Notes: generated by a model not told the origin, from the sequence alone. DNA of 19,664 bases from Octopus sinensis (GCF_006345805.1 NW_021824164.1:1-19664); one strand, 5' to 3'; shown: positions 1-11,133, counted from the first letter of the stretch. Numbers and translations: made by a program.

Positions 1-41
<41 letters not shown>
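1..41. repeat. (TA)n microsatellite, cut by the window edge
   Basis: Near-perfect TA dinucleotide run from base 1. Confidence 0.95.
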
Positions 42-43
<2 letters not shown>

Positions 44-302
44 CCGAATTTGTGTAAATGTGTATAGATAATATATCAGGTGAATAAAGTTAAAACATGG
101 ACTGGGTTTCATGTTTTTTATTATGGTATTTTTAAAAAATTATTTTTTTTTTATGATGTTGAAGTGTGTTAAAGATAAAAACAATATTTTGTAATATTCA
201 TAAAGTTCAATTAGTGCTTTGATATGTTCGTAGTAATCATCAGATTTCAAAATGTATTTAACTGACAGTTGAGTTCTTGACAACTGTAGTATATATGTCT
301 AT

Positions 303-711
303 GGATGTGCGATTAAAATACTCACTTTGCAGCTATGCGATTTCAGCTTTGACTCTGCTGAGCCCCTCTGAGTAGGTACTTCTACTGTAGTTTTGAGAGG
401 ACTAGTACCCTGTGAAGAAATGTGGGAGACACTGTGCATAACCTTGTCTTTTATATATGTGTGTATGTATGCATGTATGTGTGAGTATGTCCGTGTGTGT
501 ATATAGGTGTGTCTTTATGTTGGCACTGCTTCAGGAATGATGCTCTTTGTTTACGTCAGTTTGGGTAGCAGCTCAACAAAGGAGAGATGTTCAATAAGAT
601 AAGCACCAGACTTAAAAATAGTAAGTATCGAAGTTGATACTAAAATTCTTGAGAGCATTGCCCCAGCTTGGTTGCAGTCCAGTGACTGGAACAAGATAAT
701 GAGTGAAAGAA
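303..711 (+). mobile_element. Heavily decayed tRNA-derived SINE with internal TA/TG microsatellite
   Basis: Degenerate tRNA-like head at about 303-365. Internal (TA/TG) tract at 452-505. The 3' part tgtttacgtc...aataagataagcaccagacttaaaaata...tgccccagcttggttgcagtccagtgactggaacaag resembles the octopus SINE 3' consensus as I recall it. Terminal hairpin CAGTC-cagt-GACTG at 675-688. Boundaries approximate. Confidence 0.65.
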
Positions 712-713
712 TA

Positions 714-715
<2 letters not shown>

Positions 716-750
<35 letters not shown>

Positions 751-791
751 ATGTGTGTGTGTGTGCATGTGTGTGTGTGTGTATGTGTGTA
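716..791. repeat. (GT)n microsatellite
   Basis: Long GT run with a few GCAT/GTAT interruptions. Confidence 0.95.
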
Positions 792-870
792 TGAATTTAT
801 AATCAATATTTATATACATATTATATACATTACATTAATATATATATATATATATACATTTATATATATG

Positions 871-1151
871 TAACTTAACTTAACCATGACCGACCAGGCT
901 ATCAGATGTTGCTACACATCGCTGGTCGCAATGCGCTTTGCATTATTTTAGCCTTCAAATGACGCCACCCTGCTGGCTAAGCGAGCAGGACAACAGAAGA
1001 AAGAGTGAGAGATTGCCACCACCCCCTGCCGGAGCCTCGTGGAGCTTTAGGTGTTTTCACTCAATAAACACTCACAACTCCCGGTCTGGGGTTGAAACCG
1101 CAATCCTACAACCGTGAGTCCGCTACCCTGACCATGGGCCATTGTGCATCC
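871..1151 (-). mobile_element. tRNA-derived SINE with (TTAAG)n tail
   Basis: Minus strand starts GGATGCACAATGGCCCATGGTCAGGGTAGCGGACTC...GGTTTCAACCCCAGACC, with Pol III A-box-like (about 1128-1142) and B-box-like (about 1088-1099) motifs at tRNA spacing. It ends GGTTAAGTTAAGTTA against a TA array. Confidence 0.8.
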
Positions 1152-1326
1152 ACATATATATATATATATAATATATATATTATATATAGTATATATATTA
1201 TATATATATATATATATGTTATATGTTATATATATATATGTATATATATATATATGATATATATATATATGTATTATATATATATATGTATATATATATA
1301 TATGTATGTATATATATATAGATATG

Positions 1327-1361
<35 letters not shown>

Positions 1362-1640
1362 GTATATATATGTATAGATATGTAATATGTATATATATAT
1401 ATATATGTATAATATGTATATATGTATATATATATATATATGATATATATGTATATATGTCTATATATATAATATATATATGTAATATATATATATGTTA
1501 TATATATCTATGTATATATGTATATATGTATATATGTAATATATATATGTATATATGGATATATGTATATATATATAAATAGTATATATGTATATATGTA
1601 TATATATTATATATTGTATATATGTATATATGTATATATG

Positions 1641-1671
<31 letters not shown>

Positions 1672-1745
1672 GATGTATATATAATATATGTTATATAGAT
1701 ATATATGTATGTATATATATATATATGTATATATATATATAGTGG

Positions 1746-1778
<33 letters not shown>

Positions 1779-1860
1779 TGTATATATATATATAATATAT
1801 ATAGTCTATATATATATATAGATATGTATATATATATATAATAGTATATATATAGATATG

Positions 1861-1894
<34 letters not shown>

Positions 1895-1940
1895 TATAGG
1901 TATATATATATAGGATATATATTGTATATATATTATATGT

Positions 1941-1974
<34 letters not shown>

Positions 1975-2018
1975 GTATATTATATATATATATGTCTATA
2001 TATATATATATTATAATA

Positions 2019-2051
<33 letters not shown>

Positions 2052-2173
2052 GGATTATTATATATATATATATATATAATATATGGTAGTATATGTATAT
2101 ATATATTATATATATATGTATATATATGTATATATATGTATATATATTATATATATATATATGTATATATATG

Positions 2174-2204
<31 letters not shown>

Positions 2205-2400
2205 GTAATATATATCTATATATATATGTATTATATATATATATATATATATCTAGATATATGTATATATTATGTATTATATATATTGTATATATATTTT
2301 ATATGTATATATATGTATATATGTTTATAATTTTATATATATATATATGTATAATATGTATATATATGTATATATATATGTATATATATATGTATATATA

Positions 2401-2431
<31 letters not shown>

Positions 2432-2585
2432 TATGTATGTTATATATATGTATATATATATGTAGTATATATATATGTATGTATATATATATATGTATGT
2501 ATATATATATGTATATATATATGTATATATATATATGTATATATATATGTAGTATATATATATGTATGTATATATATTATGTATG

Positions 2586-2624
<39 letters not shown>

Positions 2625-3351
2625 TGTATATATATATGTATATATGTATGTATATATGTATGTATATATGTATGTATATATGTATGTATATATGTATGTA
2701 TATATGTATGTATATAGTATATATATATGATGTATATATATTAGATGTATGTATATATATATATATTATATATATATGTATGTATATATATATGTATGTA
2801 TATATATATATGTAGTAGATATATATAGATATGTATGTATATATATATGTATGTATGTATATATGATGTATGTATATATATATATATATATATGTATGTA
2901 TATATATATGTATGTATATATATATATATATAGTATGAATATAAATGTATGTATATATATATGTATATGTATGTATATATGTATGTCATATATGTATGTA
3001 TATATGTTATATATATGTATATAATGTATATGTATCTATATATATATATGTATAGATGTTGTATATATATGTATATATATATGTATATATGTATATATAT
3101 ATATGTATATGTATATATAGTATATATGTATATATATATATTATATATATAAGGTATGTATATATGTTATATATGTATATAATATGTATATTATATATGT
3201 ATATATATATATGTTATATATATGTGTATATATATATGTAATATATATGTATATATATATGTATATATATATATGTATATATATATGTATGTATATATGT
3301 ATATATATATGTATATTGTATTGTATATATATATGGATATGGATATATATA

Positions 3352-3389
<38 letters not shown>

Positions 3390-3684
3390 GTATATATATA
3401 TGTATATAATATATATGTATATATGTATATATATATATGTTATATATATATGTATATATGTAGGTATATATATATGTATATATGTATGTATATATATATA
3501 TTTAATATGTAGGTATATATGTATGTATATATATATATGTATATATGTATGTATATATAAATCCTTAAAAAATGTATATGTATATATGTATATATATATG
3601 TATGTATATATATTATATATGTATAATATGTATGTATATATATATGTTATGTAATATATATGTAGTATATATATATGTATGTAT
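1152..3684. repeat. About 2.5-kb imperfect (TA)n/(TATG)n microsatellite array
   Basis: Direct reading. The frequent single-base interruptions may be partly consensus or sequencing noise. Confidence 0.95.
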
Positions 3685-3773
3685 AAAATATTTCGAGACA
3701 AAACCCTATTTTGCAAAACAAACAAGGAAGACTTAATTAATACATAAAATTTAATAAATAGTCAAAAAAACCG

Positions 3774-3816
3774 CCACTACAATCGTTTCTTGTCTTGATC
3801 GACAATCTTCAGGTGG
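3774..3816 (-). ncRNA. Minimal type I hammerhead ribozyme
   Basis: Minus strand reads CCAC CTGAAGA TTGTC gatcaa GACAA GAAA CGATT GTA GTGG. This gives stem I CCAC/GTGG, core CUGANGA, a 5-bp stem II, GAAA, a near-palindromic stem III (ACGATTGT) and a GUA cleavage triplet. Confidence 0.8.
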
Positions 3817-4334
3817 ACTTCCAATCTAAAAAATCAATATTTTAAAATATAAAAATAATAATTTTAAAATACTAATTAAAGTATGAATGAAAAAAATAAG
3901 TATATAATCCATATATAACCTATCTATAATCCATATATAAACAATATATAAACAATATTAAACTAAAAAAACCTACAACAATTAAATATAAAATATAAAA
4001 TTAAAATATAAAATATAAAACAAAACAACAACAAAAAATAATAATAATATAATAATAAACTATATATACACCCATACGCATATACCTAATTATATATAAC
4101 CATATCTAACTACATACACTAAATCACCAAACCTATATATATATCCCTATACATACACATAAAAATGTCTAGGCAACTATAAATAAATAAAATAGCTAAA
4201 TACCTTCAACACCAATACTTATTCATACTCCCACACACACACAATACAACCCACATTCACGCTCTAGAAAACGGGACATCACTCAAAACTATGAACGGAG
4301 AATGGAATGAAATGAATAATGGAATTAAAAATTA

Positions 4335-6175
4335 TATTCACTTGGTAAAACGAACACTACTTAAAATTATGAATGAAACAATGCAATAAAACAACAGGAC
4401 ATCGCAAATAGACACAAAATTACTACAAATTCCTTATCAAACCTACCATGATAACCAAAACTCATAAAAACATATAATGATAAAATCTCCCTTTACTTAA
4501 ACTCTATAACAAAACTATATAGCAATCCCCTAACCTAAACATTCACACACAAATACACACACGAAACACACACACCCACGACATATACAAATACCCACAC
4601 CACTTGACACATACCAATACATACATATAAACCTCAACATATACTCCAAAAAACCCACTCAACCCCACACAGACAAATAAAACACAAAAATTATGAATGG
4701 ATTCTTTTATAAAACTACCATGATAAAACTAAAATCAAAAAACAGAAATGATTAAAACCTCCCTTTACTAAACACTAAAACATACTTATATAGCAATTCC
4801 TTTTAACAACCAACATTCACACAAAAACCACTCGTAAACCACACACCCATAACAAATACAAACTCCCACCACTCACACAACCAGAAGTACATATAAGCCT
4901 CAACATATACCCAAACAAAATTACTTTACCAAGGAACTTAACATATATATAAAAAGTATAACCGCTCTGGAAACGAACATCTCTAAATTAATGAATGGAG
5001 AAATGGAAATAAAGGGAATTAAAAATAAAATTCACGTGGCAAAACGAACACCACTCAAAAATTATGAATGAAACAATTATAATAAAACAACTAACATCGA
5101 AAATAGACAAATTACTACGATTCCCTAAAAAAAACCATGATAAACCAAAACTCTTAAAAAACATATTAACGATAAAATCTCCCTTTGCTAAACTCTATAA
5201 CAAACCTATATAGTAATCCCCCTAACCTCAACATTCACACACAATACACACGTAAACCACAGACCCACGACTTATACACATACCTAAACTAACTTATAAC
5301 CTCCATATACACCAAAACCCACTCCCCCCACACAGACAAATTAACTCATACATCCCAAGACCTAAATAACAAACCCATATACACATTCACACACAAAACA
5401 CACAACACACAAAACACACACACACACAAAAACACAACACACAACAGATACATATACTCCCTCACATATACGCATATACATACTCACTAAACTCATATAT
5501 ACAACATATTTACACACCCACACTCATACAGATAAATAAATTATACAACTAAAAACTCGCACACAATCTCATATACATAAACACTCCTATGAAAACACAT
5601 TAAATACATCGTATAACCAGAATATCAAAATAACAATATGACATAAAGGTAATAAAATACATACTTACAATTCAGTGCAAATATGAAGTGAAATTAAATT
5701 CTTAGCCGTTAAAAAATCAAACCAAAATTACGTTACCATAGAAATAACTTATGTAAAAAAGACTAACAAACAACTTGCAATAACCCAACCCATTCTCTAT
5801 GCCTACCTCACTACTACACTATTCCATTCACAATTCCAAACAACGCTAGTCCACCTCCCGGTTATTCACGTGACAAAACGAACACCACTCAAAAATTATG
5901 AATGAAACAATGTAATAAAACAACCAACATCGAAAATAGACAAATTACCACGAATTCCCTAAAAAAAACCATGATAACCAAAACTCCTAAAAACATATAA
6001 CGATAAATCTCCCTTTACAAAACTCTATAACAAACCTATATAGCAATCTCCCTAACCAAACATTCACACACAAATACACACTCGTAAACCACAGACCCAC
6101 GACTTATACACATACCTATACTAACTTATAAACCTCAATATACACCAAAACCCACTCCCTCCCACACAGACAAAT
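4335..6175. repeat. Four dispersed imperfect copies of a 310-345-bp unit (about 4335-4680, 4688-4915 partial, 5028-5342, 5863-6175)
   Basis: Colinear markers recur: ccatgataa(a)ccaaaactc-like near 4447/4718/5136/5969, ctccctttac-like near 4487/4759/5180/6009, and aacattcacacac-like near 4537/4812/5230/6059. The motif aaaacgaacaccactcaaaaattatgaatgaaacaat recurs near 4347/5041/5875. Confidence 0.85.
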
Positions 6176-6456
6176 ATGTATGTATATATATATATATGTA
6201 TGTATATATATATGTATATATATATATATATGTATATATATATGTATGTATATATATGTATATATATATGTATGTATATATGTATATATATATGTATATA
6301 TGTTATATATATATGTATATATGTATGTATATATATATATGTATATAGTAGTATATATGTATATATATAATATGTATATATGTATGTATATATGTATATA
6401 TATGTATATATGTATGTATATATGTATATATATATATATATATGTATGTATATATG
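6176..6456. repeat. (TA)n/(TATG)n microsatellite
   Basis: Direct reading. Confidence 0.95.
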
Positions 6457-6627
6457 TCATCATCATCATCATCATCTTTTAACGTCTGTTCTCCATGCTA
6501 GCATGGGTTGGACAGTTCGACTGGGGATCTGGGAAGCCAGGAGGCTGCACCAGGCTCCAGTCTTATCTGGCAATGTTTCTACAGCTGGATGCCCTTCCTA
6601 ACGCCAACCACTCCGTGAGTGTAGTGA

Positions 6628-6839
6628 GTGCTTTTTACGTGCCACCTGCACTGAAGCCAGGCGAGGCTGGCATCGGCCACGGTCGAATTGGTGCATTTTA
6701 CGTGCCACCTGCACGGAAGCCAGTCGAGGCGGCACTGGCTTCGGCCACGATTCAGATGGTGCTTTTTACGTGCCACTGACACGGAAGCCAGTCAAGGCGG
6801 CGCTGGCATCGGCCACGATTCGAATAGTGCTTTTTACGT
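6628..6839. repeat. About 3.2 tandem copies of a 63-68-bp unit in the RTE 3' UTR
   Basis: Units start GTGC(T/A)TTTTACGT at 6628, 6691, 6759 and 6827. Confidence 0.9.
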
Positions 6840-7051
6840 ATCTCCAGTCCAGGGGTCCTGGCATCTGCCGGGTGCCAGTCATAGGATTGGTTCAATTTCG
6901 ATTCCGATTTCACTTGCCCCAACAGGTCTTCGCAAGCAAAGGGACGCAAGCATAGTTGCCTGTCGTCGGATGAGGTTCAATATCGACTTCGCTTGCCTCA
7001 ACAGGTCTTTGTGTGTCCAAGGGAGGAAAGGCATGCATAAGTGGGCTGGAC

Positions 7052-8015
7052 TCACTTGTCCTGCCTGGTCTTTTCACGCACAGCATATTTCCAAAGGTCT
7101 CAGTCGCTGGTCATTTCCTCAGTGAGACCTAAAGTTCGAAGGTCATGCTTCACCACCTCACCCCAAGTTTTCCTGGGTCTATCGCTTCCACGGGTTCCCT
7201 CCACTGCTAGGGATTGGCATTTTTTCACACACCTAACTTCATCCATTCTCGCCACATGACCATACCAGCGCAATCGTCTCTCTTGCACACCACAACTGAT
7301 GCTCCTTAAGTCCAACATTTCTTTCAGGGTACTAACGCTCTGTCGAGAGGCCTTTAGTCACCAGCAGAGGTAAGAGCTCCCTAAACTTTGCCCAGGCTAT
7401 TCTTACTCTAGCCGTTACACTTTCACCACACCCACCCCCACTACTGACTTGGTCACCAAGATAACGGAAGCTATCAACTACTTCTAGTTTTTTCCCCGGG
7501 AAAGTGACGGAAGTTGTTTTCTGCAGATTTTCAGAGGTTAATGCTCCCGAGCATCTGCCACATACAAAAACTATCTTCCCAGTTAGCCTTCCTTTGACAT
7601 TGTTGCACCTCTTATGTGTCCATAGCTTACACTGGGTACATCTTATAGAGTTTCTACCTAAACCTTTTCTACAGATCGAGCAGGGCCATCTTCCTGAAGA
7701 CATTTGTGGATTGTCTACCTTCCTACTTATTAGTACTTTGGTTTTAGCTAGGTTGAATCTAAGGCCCCTCGATTCTAGACACTCCTTCAACACCTGGAAT
7801 TTCTCCTCCAGTTCTGATAGTGACTCAGCAATTATAGCAAGGTCGTCAGCATATAGGAGCTCCCAGGGGCAACCTGTCTTGAATTCCTCCGTAATATGGA
7901 CTATGATAAATAGGAGGGGGCTGAGTACTGAACCCTGGTGGACCCCAACCTCTTCTTTGAATTCTTCTGTGTACATGTTGCCAATCCTAACCTTACTTAC
8001 GGCATCCCTGTACAT
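7052..8015 (-). pseudogene. Disrupted C-terminal half of RTE-like reverse transcriptase with an inserted PHD finger
   Basis: ORFs 7332..8015 and 7100..7318 join into one RT C-terminus with a frame break near 7345 and a premature TGA at 7100-7102. The natural stop is probably at 7052-7054 (KTRQDK*). Confidence 0.85.
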
Positions 8016-8029
8016 GGTTTGCCATGTAC

Positions 8030-8167
8030 GTATGTATATATATATATGTATGTATATATGTATATATATATATGTATATATGTATGTATATATGTATATA
8101 TGTATGTATATATGTATATATGTATGTATATATGTATATATATATGTATATATGTATGTATATATGT
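8030..8167. repeat. (TATG)n/(TA)n microsatellite
   Basis: Direct reading. Confidence 0.95.
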
Positions 8168-9344
8168 ATGCTTCTGTATTTCATGTTTCTGTATTCCATT
8201 ATTGTTTTTTGTTTTTTTTATATCTGTCCCTTTTGCTGTCCTGGTGTTCATATGCATTCGATCCTTCTTCCAGGAAATCTACGCTTCCAGCTTAGTTTTT
8301 CTAATGCTCGTTGCTTAGTTTTTCTTGGAGGGCTGGCCATGATCTAGTAATCTCAAGATTAATCAGCCGAAATTACTACGATGATCCGGTTCTTGACTGA
8401 AGACTGAGGGTTTCGAATGTCTTGTCCATGTTTATTGTACCGTCTTCTAAGAGTTTTATACGTTCTTGTCCATGTTGTATTTTTCTACATACCTTAACAT
8501 ATATTCCAGGCGCCCCGTACCCCCCTTATCATTAATGTGAGCACATATTCTTAATAATTGGTACGACTCTCTGTTTGTCTCTCTCTCTCTCTCATTTTTA
8601 CTTGATCTGTCCCCCTCTCTCTCTTTTCTCTCTACTCATCTCTTTTTCTTTTCTCTTTCCTCTGATTCTTTGGTCTAGTCTTCCACTACCCTCCTATTTC
8701 TTTGTCTCGCTCTGCACTCACAGGTCATTCTTCGACACCCATCCCTTCTCCTCTCTGATTCCTTCTTTTCTCTCTTCTCTCTCTTTGTTGCGTTTGTCCC
8801 TCCTCTCTCTCTCTCTCTTCCTTTGCTTCTCTTCTTTTCTTTTCCCTCTTCTCTGTCACGTGACTGTTGGCCGAAATCTGCCTTTCAGCTCCTGACCCTC
8901 GTCGTGTTAACATCGTTGTTTTTCGTCCGCCGCTATAAAGGCTTCTTCCAATGCGCCAGAGAAAAAATTTGTTTGCTTGTTATCAGTCGTAAGACACCTG
9001 TTGTTTCACACCGTTTAATGCTTCTGTATTTCATGTTTCTGTATTCCATTATTGTTTTTTGTTTTTTTTATATCTGTCCCTTTTGCTGTCCTGGTGTTCG
9101 TATGCATTCGATCCTTCTTCCAGGAAATCTACGCTTCCAGCTTAGTTTTTCTAATGCTCGTTGCTTAGTTTTTCTTGGAGGGCTGGCCGTGATCTAGTAA
9201 TCTCAAGATTAATCAGCCGAAATTACTACGATGATCCGGTTCTTGACTGAAGACTGAGGGTTTCGAATGTCTTGTCCATGTTTATTGTACCGTCTTCTAA
9301 GAGTTATACGTTCTTGTCCATGTTGTATTTTTCTACATACCTTA

Positions 9345-9345
<1 letters not shown>
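8168..9345. repeat. Near-identical direct repeats (8168-8497 and 9018-9345) flanking a 520-bp non-coding spacer; 850-bp period
   Basis: Base-by-base comparison shows 2 substitutions and one 2-nt indel. The spacer contains a CT-rich tract at about 8570-8855. Confidence 0.95.
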
Positions 9346-9375
<30 letters not shown>

Positions 9376-9520
9376 TATATGTATATATATATATATGTAT
9401 ATATGTATGTATATATGTATATGTATATATGTATGTATATATGTATATATGTATATGTATATATGTATGTATATATGTATATGTATATATGTATATGTAT
9501 ATATCTATGTATATATGTAT

Positions 9521-9551
<31 letters not shown>

Positions 9552-11133
9552 TATATGTATATGTATATATGTATGTATATATGTATATGTATATATGTAT
9601 ATGTATATATGTATATGTATATATGTATGTATATATGTATATGTATATATGTATGTATATATGTATATGTATATATGTATGTGTATATGTATATATGTAT
9701 GTATATATGTATATGTATATGTATATATGTATGTATGTATGTATATGTATATATGTATGTATATATGTATATATGTATGTATATATGTATATGTATATGT
9801 ATATATGTATGTATATGTATATATGTATATGTGTATATGTATATGTATGTATGTATATGTGTATATGTATATGTATGTATGTATGTATATATGTATATGT
9901 ATGTATGTATATATATATATGTATATGTATATGCATGTACTTATGTATATATGTTTATGTATATGTATGTACGTATGTATATATGTATATGTATATGTAC
10001 GTATGTATATATGTATATGTATATGTATGTACGTATGTATATATGTATATGTATATGTATGTACGTATGTATATATGTATATGTATCTACATATGTATAT
10101 GTGTATATGTATATGTATATACGTATGTATGTATATGTGTGTATGTATATATATGTATGTATATATGTTTATGTATATGTATGTATGTATGTATATGTAT
10201 ATGTATGTATGTATATGTGTATGTATGTATATGTATATTTATGTTCGTATGTATATATGTATATGTATATGTATGTATGTATGTATATATGTATATGTAT
10301 GTACGTATGTATATATGTATATGTATGTACGTATGTATATATGTATATGTATATGTATGTACGTATGTATATATGTATATGTATATGTATGTACGTATGT
10401 ATATATATATGTATGTACGTATGTATATATGTATATGTATACGTACGTACGTATGTATATATGTATATGTATATGGATGTACGTATGTATATATGTATAT
10501 GTATATGTATGTACATATGTATATATGTATATGTATGTAGGTATGTATATATGTATATGTATATACGTATGTATATGTGTATATGTATATATGTATATGT
10601 ATGTATGTATGTATATGTATGTATATATGTATATGTATATGTATGTATGTATGTATGTATATGTATATGTATGTATGTATGTATATATGTATATGTATGT
10701 ACATATGTATATATGTATATGTATGTACGTATGTATATATGTATATGTATATGTATGTACATATGTATATGTATGTTCGTATGTATATATGTATATGTAT
10801 ATGTATGTACGTATGTATATATGTATATGTATGTATATATATATATGTATATGTATGTACGTATGTATATATGTATATGTATGTACGTATATATATATGT
10901 ATATGTATACGTATATGTATATATGTATATGTATGTACGTATATATATATGTATACGTATGTATATATGTATATGTATATGTATGTACGTATGTATATGT
11001 ATATGTATACGTACATATGTATATGTATATGTATACGTACATATGTATATGTATATGTATACGTACATATGTATATATATGTATATGTATACGTACATAC
11101 ATATACATGTATACATACGTACATACATATACA
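9346..11133. repeat. About 1.8-kb (TATG/TATATG)n array with GTAC-containing variant units
   Basis: Direct reading. GTAC variants appear from about 9937 onward. Confidence 0.95.

Larger units (their letters stand above)
3685..6175 (-). mobile_element. Putative non-coding Penelope-like/retrozyme-like element (hammerhead near the 3' end plus a G-poor repeated body)
   Basis: The hammerhead lies about 90 nt from the junction with the TA array. The body is A/C-rich on + with internal repeats and no credible ORF. The class assignment is inferred from the known association of minimal hammerheads with Penelope-like elements. That the whole block is one element is uncertain. Confidence 0.4.
6457..8021 (-). 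mobile_element. 5'-truncated RTE-like non-LTR retrotransposon with (GAT)n tail
   Basis: RT motifs [20 protein letters not shown] (YADD at 7842-7853), [11 protein letters not shown] and FRYLG, followed by the RTE-type C-terminus RRLRWYGHVARM...RPRKTW. The 3' UTR is about 6476-7051 and the tail is (CAT)6 at 6458-6475 on +. Confidence 0.9.

Noticed and set aside
92-117. Inverted repeat AAAACATG/CATGTTTT
   Set aside because: It is short and AT-rich, which is expected by chance in this composition.
217-251. CTGATGA on the minus strand (237-243) followed by CGAAC with a possible stem I
   Set aside because: There is no stem II or stem III, and GAAC replaces GAAA.
4260-4400. Possible GIY-YIG C-terminal remnant (LEN...K.MN) in the G-poor block
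   Set aside because: It is too short and degenerate, with no GIY/YIG or RT motifs nearby.
7504-8295. 263-aa plus-strand ORF, and other antisense ORFs over the LINEs (e.g. 17830..18396, 18029..18613, 13041..13355)
   Set aside because: These are shadow frames opposite RT/APE coding sequence, extended by microsatellite or low-complexity DNA.
8344-8425. Two hammerhead-like motifs in the 330-bp repeat (CTCAAGA...CGAAA and CTGAAGA...CGAAT; also at about 9194-9275)
   Set aside because: The first has C instead of G in the core and no stem III. The second has GAAT, no pairable stem II and no stem I partner. They could be decayed relics but are not supportable as ribozymes.
8168-9345. Interpretation as a canonical LTR retrotransposon or CRISPR-like array
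   Set aside because: There is no gag/pol and no clear PBS or TG..CA pair at both copies. It is only two long repeats, with no repeat-spacer periodicity.
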